From an uncultured cyanobacterium (lineage in GTDB: Bacteria > Cyanobacteriota > Cyanobacteriia > Leptolyngbyales > Leptolyngbyaceae): a stretch of DNA of 64,000 bases. This document shows, one piece after another, positions 1 through 10,302 of the stretch (positions are counted from its first letter, which is position 1; every line of letters begins with the position of its first letter). The notes beneath the pieces are model-generated. The model searched no databases. It saw only the letters and a list, made by a program, of their open reading frames with translations, and was not told the origin of the DNA. A program made the translations under genes and the position numbers. The stretch lies in contig CAVYAN010000072.1 of NCBI GenBank assembly GCA_963766075.1, positions 160,001-224,000 on the forward strand, given 5' to 3'.

Positions 1-1
1 C

Positions 2-64
2 TTGCTCCAGCTTTCGGACGGCACGACCAGTTTTATCGTGACGCTGAACATTAGCTTGACCTAA
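2..64 (+). CDS. 3' end of a gene entering the window (…LLQLSDGTTSFIVTLNISLT*)
   Basis: Open frame from the window edge to TAA at 62-64; too short to assign a product. Confidence 0.3.
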   Translation: MLQLSDGTTSFIVTLNISLT

Positions 65-111
65 GCTCGGGCCGTATGGCCGCCTCTGGCCATGCCAGAA
101 CGGAATTGAAG

Positions 112-205
112 TTTGGACTTTGGACTTTGGATTCTGGATTGAATCCGAAATCCAAGGTCCAATTTTTTTAGCCATTTAGCCAATTTTTTTAGCCAATTTT
201 TTAGC
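112..205. repeat. Short tandem (STRR-like) repeats TTTGGA(C/T) and TTTTAGCCAA
   Basis: tttggactttggactttggattctggatt and ttttagccatttagccaattttttagccaattttttagc. Confidence 0.7.
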
Positions 206-261
206 TCCACGTTCATCGCGCTGCACATCGGGTTGCCTATCCCTGAAAATACAAGGTTGGG

Positions 262-363
262 TATCCTGCGGAAAGCAAACTACGACTGCACTCAACCCGT
301 AATGGCTGAAGGTTGAGCGCAGTCGAAACCGGGTTCGCAGGTTATTTTCATGGAAGTCCCTAA
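262..363. repeat. Degenerate copy of the REP/MITE-like dispersed repeat
   Basis: cctgcggaaagcaaactacgactgcactca and ttgagcgcagtcgaaacc match the copies at 6418 and 17335; end ttttcatggaagtcccta resembles their terminal repeat. Confidence 0.6.
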
Positions 364-368
364 CAGCC

Positions 369-1571
369 TTACTCTGCCTGCAACCAACCCATCGCCTGGA
401 GCCCCGTCCGCAAGCGCTCGGCTTCGGGGGAGCCTGCTTGGCGGTGGAGGTCGATCGCCCGTTGAAAAGCCGCCATACTGTCGCTGATTTGGCCCTGCTT
501 GAGCAACGCCACGCCCAGATTTTGGTACGCCTCCGCATAGGCAGGCGCCAGGGCGATCGCCTGATGGTAGTGGGCGATCGCCTCACCCAAGTTGCCGACG
601 GCCTTTAAAGCCATGCCCAAGTTGTAGTGCCCAGCCGCCAGGGTGGGATCAATGTGCAGCGCTGTGGTGTAGAGATCGGCGGCGGCGATCGCGTCCCCCT
701 GGGCTAGGGCGACATTGCCCCAGTGTAGGTACGCCCCCAATTTCAGCGTGGGCAAAATCGGCTGAGCCAACGCAGCCTGAAAATGCACCGCCGCCTGGGC
801 CAACTCCTGCTGCTCGCCACACAGACTGCCCAGGTGGTAATGCAGTTCGTACAGGACGGGCGGTTCCAGCCCATCCCCCGCCAGACCCTGTTCTAGCAAC
901 TGTCGCGCCCGTCCCCCATCGCCCCCATCCAGGTACAGCGCCCCCAACTTATTACAAATGTAGGCATCCTCCGGATGCTGGGCCAGGTAGCGCTCCATGA
1001 TCCGCTGGGCGCGATCGCCCTTTTGCCGCTGGGCGATCGCCGCCGCCTGATAGCCCGTGTGGGCGATCGCCACCTCCGGCACATCAACGACACGCCAATC
1101 CGGCTCCCGGCGCAAAATTTCCAGGACGCTATCGTCAATCAATTCGTGGTACGGACGGGCAAACCGAATATCGTCCCGCCGCCGAAACAACCGCGAAATC
1201 AGGGAATAGGGCGACTGTTGGGCCCCCACCTCATGACGCAGCAGATTAATCGCCAACACCTCGGGGCGCTGCATGGCCGCGAATAGGGTGGGCATAATGT
1301 CCCCGATGAGCACTTCGTCCGCATCCAAGACCAGGATCCATTCGCCCCGCACGTACTGCAAAGCCTGATTTCGAGCGGCAGCAAAGTCATCGTTCCATGA
1401 AAAAGCATACACCCGGGCAGCGAAAGACTCGGCGATCGCCACCGTCTCATCGGTTGATCCGGTATCGACAACAACAATCTCATCCACATAGGGCGCGGCA
1501 CTGCGCAAACACGTCGGTAACGCCACGGCCTCATTTTTGACAATCATGCACAGGCTGAGCTGGGGTTGCAT
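369..1571 (-). CDS. Family 2 glycosyltransferase with C-terminal TPR repeats
   Basis: LSLCMIVKNE, VDTGSTD, W-DDF-AARN, LDADE motifs followed by TPR repeats (YNLGMAL, YQNLGVAL). Confidence 0.92.
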   Translation of the reverse strand: MQPQLSLCMIVKNEAVALPTCLRSAAPYVDEIVVVDTGSTDETVAIAESFAARVYAFSWNDDFAAARNQALQYVRGEWILVLDADEVLIGDIMPTLFAAMQRPEVLAINLLRHEVGAQQSPYSLISRLFRRRDDIRFARPYHELIDDSVLEILRREPDWRVVDVPEVAIAHTGYQAAAIAQRQKGDRAQRIMERYLAQHPEDAYICNKLGALYLDGGDGGRARQLLEQGLAGDGLEPPVLYELHYHLGSLCGEQQELAQAAVHFQAALAQPILPTLKLGAYLHWGNVALAQGDAIAAADLYTTALHIDPTLAAGHYNLGMALKAVGNLGEAIAHYHQAIALAPAYAEAYQNLGVALLKQGQISDSMAAFQRAIDLHRQAGSPEAERLRTGLQAMGWLQAE

Positions 1572-1767
1572 CGCTTGGAATCCGTTTCACGGGGGTTCGC
1601 TTCCAAACTCTACCGTACACAAAACGCACTTTTTCCCCTTTAGTTTTTTCCGTTTCTCAAAACTTTTCTCCAAAGGGCATTTCCTCCTAAGATCAAAGCA
1701 TGCACTGCCCCCGGCTGCTGTCTGTTGCTTGAAGATTTGTTCTATACACTGCATGCCTGCGTAACCT

Positions 1768-3833
1768 ATGACGTGCTGCCTTAATCCTGATTGTCACCAA
1801 CCGTTTAATGCCGATGATGCGGAGTATTGCGCCAGTTGCGGCTCCCGGTTAATTGTCTTGTTACGCGATCGCTACCGGGTCGAACGCCCCCTCGGGCAGG
1901 GTGGGTTTGGTAAAACCTACCTGGCTGTTAATCGCGATCGGCTCGGAGTCCGCTGTGTGATTAAGCAATTTTCACCCAGCCTCCAAGGTTCCAAAGGCTT
2001 AGAAAAAGCTGTGCAACTGTTTGAACAAGAAGCAGTACGGCTGCATGAACTGGGGGAACATCCCCACATTCCCGCCCTGCTGGCCTACTTTGAGTACGAT
2101 AAGCGTCTGTATCTGGTGCAGCAATACATCGAAGGCCAAGATTTACACCAAGAGATGCACCAGCACGGAGCCTTTAATGAACGCAAAATTCGTGAAGTGC
2201 TGGCCCGCATCCTGCCCGTTCTGAAATACGTCCACGAACATCAGGTCATCCATCGCGACATTACCCCCGCCAATATCATTCGCCGCAGTGCCGACCAGCG
2301 CTTAGTTTTGATTGACTTTGGCGTGGCCAAGCTGCTGTCTGCGGACAACGGCCACACCCATATCGGCACCAAAATCGGCACCGAAGGCTATGCCCCCATG
2401 GAACAGTTGCGCAGCGGCAAAGCCTATCCCGCCAGCGATCTCTACAGTCTGGCCGCCACCTGTCTTTATTTAATGACCCAGATTCGCCCGGACGATCTGT
2501 ATGACCCCCTGGAGGGGCGCTGGATTTGGCGCGATCGCCTCCAGCAACGGGGAGGACAGATCAGTAAGCCCCTAGCGCAGATCCTGGACAAAATGCTGAA
2601 AGACTCTGTGAATGAGCGCTACCAGTCCGCTGCGGACGTGATCCAAGACCTCAAGCCGGTTTTGACCACGGTGGCCCCCACGATCGCCGCCCCCCTCTCC
2701 GGTCCCTTCGCCGCCGCTCCGCGGGGCACAGTCGCCCCCCCCCCTTCGCTAGCGTCTCCCCCTCCAGTCCAACCGCCGCCTATCCTCCAACCGCCGCCCC
2801 CTTTCCCTTCTCTACACCAGAAGCCGAAGGCGTTAGCCGGACGCGGGGCCAAGCTGCGCCCCAGCCCGCTCCTACGCCGCCCTACTCGCGGCCCCCCAGC
2901 ACGGGGATTCCCGATGCGGCGCGCCCCCTTTCTGGCAGCAACCAAGCGCGCCAAAGCCTCTATACCCTGACTGGGCATTCCCGCTGGGTGGTTGCCGTGG
3001 CGCTCAATCCTGCCGGGACCCAGGTGGCCAGTGGGGGCTTAGATGACACGATTCGCCTGTGGAATGCCCAGACAGGTGAGCTCTTGCAGGTGCTGACGGG
3101 ACATCGTAAACCCGTCAATAGTCTGGCCTACAGTCCCAATGGCCAGTGGCTAGTCAGCAGCAGTGACGACAACACCATCCGCATTTGGACGGTCCACAAT
3201 GGCACATTGCTGCGGGAATTGACGGGACACACCCGCGATGTCAATTCCGTCGCGGTGCATGCCGAGGGCAAACTCTTGGCCAGCGGTGGGGAAGATCGTT
3301 CGGTGCGGGTGTGGAATTTACAGACTGGGGAACTGCTGCGGGTGTTTTCGGGCATGGGCATGGGCATGATTCGCTCGATCGCCATCAGTCCCGATGCTCA
3401 GCGGATTGCCAGTGGGGGCTTTGACCATCAAATCAAGCTGTGGGATCTGAATTCGGGGGAGCTGGCCCGTCCCTTTATTAAGGGGCATTTCAACGCGGTC
3501 AATGCGTTAGTCATCAGTCCCAATGGCCGCATGCTGATCAGCGCCAGTAAGGATAAGACGATTAAAGTGTGGGATTTGGCCACGGGTGAAACAACGCGGG
3601 TGTTGGTGGAGCACACCGACGCGGTGAATGCCCTGGCGATCGCCCCCGACGGCGAGTTTCTGGTGAGTGGCAGTAGCGACAAAACCGTGCGGCTCTGGAG
3701 TCTCAGTTCCGGTAAAGTGATCCGCACGTTTAATGAACATGCCAATGCCGTCAACGCCGTGGCCATCAGCTCCGATCGCCGCCTGATTGTCAGCGGCAGT
3801 TCGGACAATGCGGTCAAGATTTGGCAAATCTGA
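1768..3833 (+). CDS. Ser/Thr protein kinase (4-Cys prefix) fused to WD40 repeats; split by a 1-nt frameshift, most simply at the C10 run 2735-2744
   Basis: CLNP-C prefix, GQGGFG, HRDITP-N, DFG, GTEGYAP. The WD40 frame is open from 2745 to 3833 and one extra C joins the two ORFs. Confidence 0.85.
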
Positions 3834-3907
3834 TGATGTTGGCTTTTGGGGGATTGTTATTTGAGATTACTGTTATTTGGAATTATGCAAAGGCAATCCC
3901 AAATCCT

Positions 3908-4630
3908 CTAAGGGGCTAGTCGCGCTTTTTTGGCGCGATTGGCCTCGTACCAGGTGGCTACGGCGGGAACCCAGGCTTGGAAATGGGGCCACAGGACTTC
4001 GCAGAGTTTTTGGGCTTCTAGTTGGGCATCGGCTTTCCAGCGCAGATCCAGCAGGTGCATCAGCGATCGCACATTGGCCGACATCACCCAGTGCTGCCGA
4101 ATATCAAAGGGGATCAGTCCGCGGGCATGCTCCTCGGAAAATCCGGCTTGAATGCGTTGGTGATAGTGTTTACAGGCGTCCAGGCACCAGGCGATATCCG
4201 CTTGGCGGTGGGCCTCGGTATATTCGTATTTTTTACCCTGGCGATCGCTATAAAATCCCAAGGGCCGGAGATAAAACACCTCTTCGACTTCACGGACACC
4301 CTCCACCACATCCAAAATTCGTTGCCCGGTATAACGAAAGGATTGGACATCAAAACTGACCCCGACCCGATGGGTGCGGATTTGCTGCATGGTGCTGTGG
4401 GGAAACCAGCCACAGTTCAGCACAATTTGGGGATGTTCCAACGGCCCATAATGACCCCGATTACCCGACAGCAGATTTTTGACCACCAGTGCGCCCGCTT
4501 CGGTTTCATCGGGCCAGCGATCGCGCTCACTGACGACAAAATTTTCGGCATAGTCCTGGTGCATGGCCGCATAAATTGTTTGCTGCGGATTGGGGGTTTG
4601 GGTGATGACTTCAACCGTAAAGCGGTCCAT
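3908..4630 (-). CDS. thyX: Flavin-dependent thymidylate synthase
   Basis: GHYGPLEH, QQIRTHR-GVSFDVQSFRY ThyX motif, AQLEAQ. Confidence 0.95.
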   Translation of the reverse strand: MDRFTVEVITQTPNPQQTIYAAMHQDYAENFVVSERDRWPDETEAGALVVKNLLSGNRGHYGPLEHPQIVLNCGWFPHSTMQQIRTHRVGVSFDVQSFRYTGQRILDVVEGVREVEEVFYLRPLGFYSDRQGKKYEYTEAHRQADIAWCLDACKHYHQRIQAGFSEEHARGLIPFDIRQHWVMSANVRSLMHLLDLRWKADAQLEAQKLCEVLWPHFQAWVPAVATWYEANRAKKARLAP

Positions 4631-4881
4631 AAATATGCGGCTAGGCCAAAAGTGAGAGGATAGGACATATCAATATACGGGGTCGGCGGCCTCCAACGGG
4701 AGAGTTTTAAGGTTAAGTTTTCATTTCCAGGGGCGGGTTGTAAATCGTCCCTTAAAACAAGCCAATAGGGGGATGGGATCTTCGGGATTTTTGCCCCGAT
4801 CAAAACGGGATCGTTTAAGCTATCTGGAGATACTGCTGCTATCCCTCTGCGGTGGTATCCCGTTGTTACTGAGTTTGCACC

Positions 4882-5766
4882 GTGCCAAATCCCCGTTTTT
4901 CCGTTTTTCCCCTCCTCGTACTCTGTGGTTTGGTGGGCTTTGCGCAGCCCGCCATGTCCCAAGCGTTGGTCCCCCACATTTTGCAAGTTGATAGTGAAAA
5001 GCTGAAACAGCAGGGACTGGGACTGGCACAGGAAGCGGCGCAACTGGCACAATTTCAGCAGTACGAGCTGGCCTTGGCGCGGGCGCAATTGGCGACTCAA
5101 CTGGTGCCCCAAAATGCTGAAATTTGGGCGTTGTTGGGAGGAATCTATTTGCAACTGAACCAGTTAGATCCGGGGATTAATGCTTTGAAGCAAGCCCAAA
5201 AACTGGATGCCAAGAATTCTGCGGTGCTGTTTGCTCTGGGCTCTGCTGCGTTTCAGAAGCAAAACTATGCGGCATCGGTGAGCTACCTCAAGGCTGGCCT
5301 GCAAATTAAGCCCAATATTCCGGGGGCACTGTTTGATTTGGGCAATGCCTATTTGATGCTGCGGCAGTTTTCCGAGGCGATCGCCCAGTACAACGCGGCG
5401 GTGGCCCAGGACAAGGACTTTTGGCCTGCAATGAATAATATTGGCCTGATTAAGTATGAGCAGGGTGATATTCAGGGGGCGTTGAAGCAGTGGAAGACGG
5501 CGGTGGCGGTGGACGCGAAGGCTGCTGAGCCGCGCTTGGCAATTGCGGTGGCGCTGTATCAGACGGGCGATCGCGAGCAGGGTTTGGCCCAGGGCGAGGC
5601 CGCTATCAAATTGGACAGTCGCTATGCTGACCTCAAGTTCCTCAAGGAAAACCTGTGGGGCGATCGCTTGCTCAAGGACACCCAAAATCTCCTAGACACC
5701 CCGCGCCTGCGGGCGACTATCGCCCAGGCATCTCAAAATCAATCGAGTCCTTCAGGCCCGCAATAG
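4882..5766 (+). CDS. Exported TPR-repeat protein
   Basis: Signal-peptide-like N-terminus and multiple TPR repeats. Confidence 0.85.
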   Translation: MPNPRFSVFPLLVLCGLVGFAQPAMSQALVPHILQVDSEKLKQQGLGLAQEAAQLAQFQQYELALARAQLATQLVPQNAEIWALLGGIYLQLNQLDPGINALKQAQKLDAKNSAVLFALGSAAFQKQNYAASVSYLKAGLQIKPNIPGALFDLGNAYLMLRQFSEAIAQYNAAVAQDKDFWPAMNNIGLIKYEQGDIQGALKQWKTAVAVDAKAAEPRLAIAVALYQTGDREQGLAQGEAAIKLDSRYADLKFLKENLWGDRLLKDTQNLLDTPRLRATIAQASQNQSSPSGPQ

Positions 5767-5815
5767 GCTGTGCCCGCAGGGTTTGGTATGCTGTTGGCAA
5801 CGCAGGCGTGAGATT

Positions 5816-6421
5816 ATGGTTCCCCAGGTGCGCTACTCCAGTAAATTGCGGCGATCGCCCCGCCGATCGCGACTGCGGCGATCGCTGGTGCTGTTGGCGC
5901 TGCCGATTGTGGTGCCTTTTCTGTGGTTGAGCTATCGCGAAGTCCGGGCTGCCATTAGTCCCGCCCAGGCGATGTTGGTGCTGGGGGGAAATACCAACCG
6001 CGAAAAGTTTGCGGCTGTCCTGGCCCAGGAGCATCCCACCCTGCCCATTTGGATTTCTAGCGGCAGTAACCCGGAATATACCGAGTGGCTGTTTAGTTCG
6101 GCGGGCATCGATCCGGGTCGGGTCCATATTGACCGCCGTGCCGTTGATACGGTGACCAATTTCACGACGTTGGCCGACCAACTGCAAAACCAGGGCATCC
6201 ATACGGTGTATCTGATTACCTCGGACTATCACATGCCACGGGCGCGGGTGATTGGCGAAATTGTGTTTGCCAGTCGGGGCATTTTTATTAAACCCATGCC
6301 GGTGCCTTCGCGCGAAACGGAGCCTTTTATTAAAACGGTTCGCGATGCGGCGCGGGCGTTGCTGTGGGTGACGACGGGCGATACGGGGGAGCGGTTTAGT
6401 CGCAAGGGAAACGATAATTAG
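5816..6421 (+). CDS. YdcF/DUF218 (ElyC/SanA-like) family protein
   Basis: N-terminal TM, VLGG, DTVTNF, LITSDYHMPRA motifs; ATG at 5816 preferred. Confidence 0.88.
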   Translation: MVPQVRYSSKLRRSPRRSRLRRSLVLLALPIVVPFLWLSYREVRAAISPAQAMLVLGGNTNREKFAAVLAQEHPTLPIWISSGSNPEYTEWLFSSAGIDPGRVHIDRRAVDTVTNFTTLADQLQNQGIHTVYLITSDYHMPRARVIGEIVFASRGIFIKPMPVPSRETEPFIKTVRDAARALLWVTTGDTGERFSRKGNDN

Positions 6422-6587
6422 GCGATTTCCAAGAAAATATGCCCACTGAGAAATAGATTCGCTGGCTGAGCGAAGTCGAAGCCAGTAGAAGCCAGCGGAA
6501 GATTGCTCCCTACCCTGCAGGAAGCGAACTACGACTCCGCTCAGGGAGCAGTCTGGGTCGGTAGATTCTTTTATAGAAATCTCCTTA
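6418..6587. mobile_element. MITE/REP-like element (~170 bp) with imperfect terminal inverted repeats
   Basis: Left TAGGCGATTTCCAAGAAAA vs right TTTTATAGAAATCTCCTTA; internal GCTGAGCGAAGTCGAAGCC and AGATTGCTCCCT…AGGGAGCAGTCT hairpin shared with other copies. Confidence 0.6.
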
Positions 6588-6663
6588 GGGCCTGCGCAAG
6601 CGTCTGGTTAGTTGGTGTGTGATGCTGCTGGTGTATTAGGAGAGTGCCCGAATCAAGCCCGAA

Positions 6664-6954
6664 TCAAGAGAGTGCCTGAATCAAGACATAGGGCTGCACA
6701 ATCAGGGCCTTGAATCGGGCGGTTTGATTGGCATTCCATTCGCTGAGCTGGAGTTGGGAGGGTTTTTGAATGAGGGCTTCTGCAATCCAGCGTTGCACGG
6801 TGGCAGTGGTGTCGTTGGCGATCGCGACGCCGACATCGGCTAGCTCTAGCCGCTCATCGACCCAAATCAGCGCATTCCGCCGTGCATGGGGCATGAGCCA
6901 TTCCCAGGCGGCTTCATCAATGGCTTCTAATAACTCGGCTCGCAGATCACTCAT
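6664..6954 (-). CDS. DUF2288 family protein
   Basis: W-WL-PHA-R-ALI-V, L-DVG-AIA-D, F-ALIVQPYVL pattern. Confidence 0.85.
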   Translation of the reverse strand: MSDLRAELLEAIDEAAWEWLMPHARRNALIWVDERLELADVGVAIANDTTATVQRWIAEALIQKPSQLQLSEWNANQTARFKALIVQPYVLIQALS

Positions 6955-7677
6955 GAATTGATGCTTGGTGTTTGATGTTTCTGAATAGACAATGGGGTCT
7001 GGTGCCCAGATTTGCTTTATCCCAGATTCGCTTTATCTTAATACGCTGACTGACTCCTACACCAGTACGGGGAGCAAGTTGCGGGTGTTCCTAGCCCAAG
7101 TCTGGACATCTGGACTGGGAATGGGGGCAGCTTATGGGGATGACCGACCGTCGGGGGCCGATAGCCTTTGGTCGGGGGCCGATCCGCGCATGCTCCGTGA
7201 GGCCACTCGAATCACAATCGGCGAGTCGCGTAGGGGCACGATCTGGCTCCGCCGGATGCTTGGTCTGGGAGCGCCTGCGCTTTGGGAACTATGGCAACGG
7301 ATCCAAATCTTAGTGAATGAGGCTGAGGAAGCCCGCCGTCAAAGACTATCCACTGAGAGGGTTGGCTGGTTAATTCCCCGGCACTTTTTCAAATCAGCGA
7401 ACCGACAGTCTAATGGCTGGAGACGGATTAGCCTGCCGATTTCTTTTATTCTTAAAGTGGTCTAATGGTCAATCGGCAGCAAAGGGGATAATGCTTACCC
7501 CTAACTGATTTACCCCGTCAAATTTACTCCTCAAATTTACTCCTAAGGACAAACGCCTGCATTCAGCGCTACACCAGTCGCTAGATACAGTTTATTTTTA
7601 ACTCGCGGAGAGAGCAGTTCTTCACTCGTGGGGTGGGCGGAGCCAAACCCCGAACCTAATTGGAGGTTTTGACTGAT

Positions 7678-8673
7678 TTAGGTTTTGAGCGGGCCGTAGA
7701 CGGCATAGCCTTTGGCGGCGATGGGTGGCGGGACGAGGGGCTTAATCCCAGCTAGGTCGAGAATTTGGGGAATCAAATCTTCGCGTTTGACCGCCATCAA
7801 ATGTACACCCTGGCAGAGGTCGCGGGCGGCTTGCACCTGTTCAGCGGCAATTTGGATACCTTCCTGCAAGGGATCGGCAGCGCGCTCGAGGCGAGCAATC
7901 AAGTGCTCGGGAATCTGCACGCCAGGAACGCAGCGATTGATAAATTGGGCATTTTTTGCAGACTTGAGCAGGAAAATTCCCGCTAGAACCGGCTTATCGC
8001 ACCCTGCGGCGATTTGGGTCATAAATTTTTCGAGGCGATCGAAGTCGGTGATTAACTGACTTTGGAAAAATTGAGCGCCTGCTTGCAATTTTCGGTGAAA
8101 GCGGCTTTTGAGCCCGGACCAACTATCACTTTGCGGATCAACAGCCGCTCCAGTAAACAGATCCGTAGCGCCATCGGTGAGCGGTTTGTCATTGAAATCA
8201 TTGCCGCCGTTCATTTTGCGGATCAGGTGGAGGAGGCGAACGGCCTCCAGTTCAAACACGGCCTTCGCATCGGGATGGTCGCCTGCTTTGACAGGATCGC
8301 CCGTTAGGGCCAGGATATTCCGCAGTCCCAGGGCTTGGGCACCCAGTAGATCCGCTTGGATACCGATCGGATTGCGATCGCGGCAGGTGATTTGACAAAT
8401 CGGTTCGATGCCTTGCTGCTTCAGCAGCACACAGGAGGCTAAGGAGGACATCCGCATCACCGCCCGACTGCCATCGGTGACGTTGACCCCATGAACACGT
8501 CCCTTCAATTGGGCCGCCATGGCCAGCATGTGGCTGGGATCAACCCCCTTCGGTGGGGCCACTTCAGCCGTGATCAGAAACGCCCCCGATGCCACAGCAG
8601 AGCTAAAGGCGGGATCAGGGGAGAGGGCAGAAGACAGGGGTACAGAAGACAGGGGTACAGAAGGCATGAACAA
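7678..8673 (-). CDS. metF: Methylenetetrahydrofolate reductase (start uncertain)
   Basis: AEVAPPKG, NVTDGSRA, TCRDRN, LALTGDP, AGAQFFQSQ. Confidence 0.92.
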   Translation of the reverse strand: MFMPSVPLSSVPLSSALSPDPAFSSAVASGAFLITAEVAPPKGVDPSHMLAMAAQLKGRVHGVNVTDGSRAVMRMSSLASCVLLKQQGIEPICQITCRDRNPIGIQADLLGAQALGLRNILALTGDPVKAGDHPDAKAVFELEAVRLLHLIRKMNGGNDFNDKPLTDGATDLFTGAAVDPQSDSWSGLKSRFHRKLQAGAQFFQSQLITDFDRLEKFMTQIAAGCDKPVLAGIFLLKSAKNAQFINRCVPGVQIPEHLIARLERAADPLQEGIQIAAEQVQAARDLCQGVHLMAVKREDLIPQILDLAGIKPLVPPPIAAKGYAVYGPLKT

Positions 8674-8679
8674 GGCCGA

Positions 8680-9690
8680 TTACACAGGGAGGGCATAGCC
8701 GAAGGCAGTTTTGACGCGGGTGAGGGTTTGGTAGGCGATCGCCCCGGCTTTTTCCCGGCCATCCCGGAGAACGGAGTCCAGATAGCCCTTGTCGTCGAGG
8801 ATGGCGTGATACTTTTCCTGAATCGGGGCAAGGTGAGCGATCGCGACCTCTGTCAGCAGGGGTTTGAACTGCCCCCAGCCCATATCCTGACATTCTGCGG
8901 CCACGGTTTCCTTAGATTTCCCTGACATCAGCATGTAGAGTGTCAGCAGATTTTGGCATTCTGGACGCTCGGGATCACCAAAAACCAAGCCCCGCTGGGG
9001 ATCGGTTTTACACTTTTTGATTTTGGTTTGAATCAGTTCCGGCGAATCCAACAGATTGATTCGGCTCAAATCAGATGGGTCAGATTTAGACATTTTGCGG
9101 GTGCCATCCGTCAAACTCATGACGCGCGCCCCGTCAGCTCGGATCAGCGCGCTGGGCACTTTGAGCACAGGAGCCTTGGGCTTGCCGAACTGATGATTAA
9201 TGCGATCGGCAATGTCGCGGGTCAGTTCGATATGTTGCTTTTGATCCTCGCCCACGGGCACTTTATCGGCATCATAGAGCAAAATATCCGCCGCCATCAG
9301 AACGGGATAGTCCAGCAGGCCCATGCTGACGTTTTGCCCTTGCTTGATGGCCTTTTCCTTGAACTGGATCATATCCTCAAGCCAGTTGACCGGGGTAATG
9401 CAGTTCAGCAGCCACGCCAATTCGGCATGGGCGGAAATATGGGACTGCACAAAAATACTGGAACAGGTCAGATCAATGCCACAGGCCAGGTAAAGCGCAG
9501 CGATCGCATGGGTATCGGCGGCCAGGGTCGCAGGATTATGGGGAACCGTGATGGCGTGCAGATCGACGACACAAAAAAAGTTGTCATACTCCTGCTGGGC
9601 CTCCACCCAGGTGCGGATGGCACCCAAATAGTTGCCCAAGTGCAGGTTGCCCGTGGGCTGAACTCCAGAAAGAACACGCTGTTTCGTCAT
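8680..9690 (-). CDS. trpS: Tryptophan--tRNA ligase
   Basis: SGVQPTG-LHLGNY (HIGH-like), VPVGEDQ, KMSKS; ATG at 9690. Confidence 0.97.
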   Translation of the reverse strand: MTKQRVLSGVQPTGNLHLGNYLGAIRTWVEAQQEYDNFFCVVDLHAITVPHNPATLAADTHAIAALYLACGIDLTCSSIFVQSHISAHAELAWLLNCITPVNWLEDMIQFKEKAIKQGQNVSMGLLDYPVLMAADILLYDADKVPVGEDQKQHIELTRDIADRINHQFGKPKAPVLKVPSALIRADGARVMSLTDGTRKMSKSDPSDLSRINLLDSPELIQTKIKKCKTDPQRGLVFGDPERPECQNLLTLYMLMSGKSKETVAAECQDMGWGQFKPLLTEVAIAHLAPIQEKYHAILDDKGYLDSVLRDGREKAGAIAYQTLTRVKTAFGYALPV

Positions 9691-10302
9691 GTGCGATCGC
9701 CATACTGAGATTTGTGATCCTTCCAATTATTACCTACTCCCGTAATCCAAGCACAGATGAATCAAGAAGTGTCGCGGGTCTGCTCCCAGTTAATTCCCCT
9801 AGCCTTTTTCAAACAAGCGGGTTAAAAGTTTTTATTTGCACATAACATTTTCAGGCATTAAGTATAATTACGTAGTTACTCATAGATAATGCGACACGTT
9901 TTCCAGACGAGAATCAGCCCCAAAGCTGATTCTTGCAGACTGTGATCGCAAAAAACCCATCCGGAGCCTACCCTAGAACCCTTACAATCATGGAATTTAG
10001 CATGGCACCCGGACTTTTCAACAGTATTCCGGGCTATCTACCGCAATGAATTCACGCTGAACGACCAGTAAACGACAAGTATTAATGAATTGTCCTGACG
10101 GAACCCCGAACTTTAGGATAGTATTAATTAGAACTTCGGTTTTTACGGGTTGCAAATAATACTTTATACCCTTAGAAGCTGGATTTTGAGGCCGTGGCCA
10201 GCCACGCTTTGATGGTGCTGCTTTCGAGGGCGCAGACCAGCGAGCGCCGACCGATTTAGCACCTGTTTTCCGATCTTCCTATGCGTAGGAGTTTTAGATA
10301 TT

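Noticed and set aside
6992..7465. 157-aa plus-strand ORF between the DUF2288 gene and metF
   Set aside because: No recognisable motif or RBS and unconvincing composition; a small gene or ncRNA here cannot be excluded
8627..8665. 15-bp tandem repeat at the metF 5' end (SVPLSSVPLSS)
   Set aside because: Ordinary short duplication in a variable N-terminal extension; no function supportable
9727..10302. NtcA box or ncRNA in the long trpS intergenic region
   Set aside because: GTA…TAC-like text near 9862-9878 does not fit GTA-N8-TAC spacing; no structure I can support
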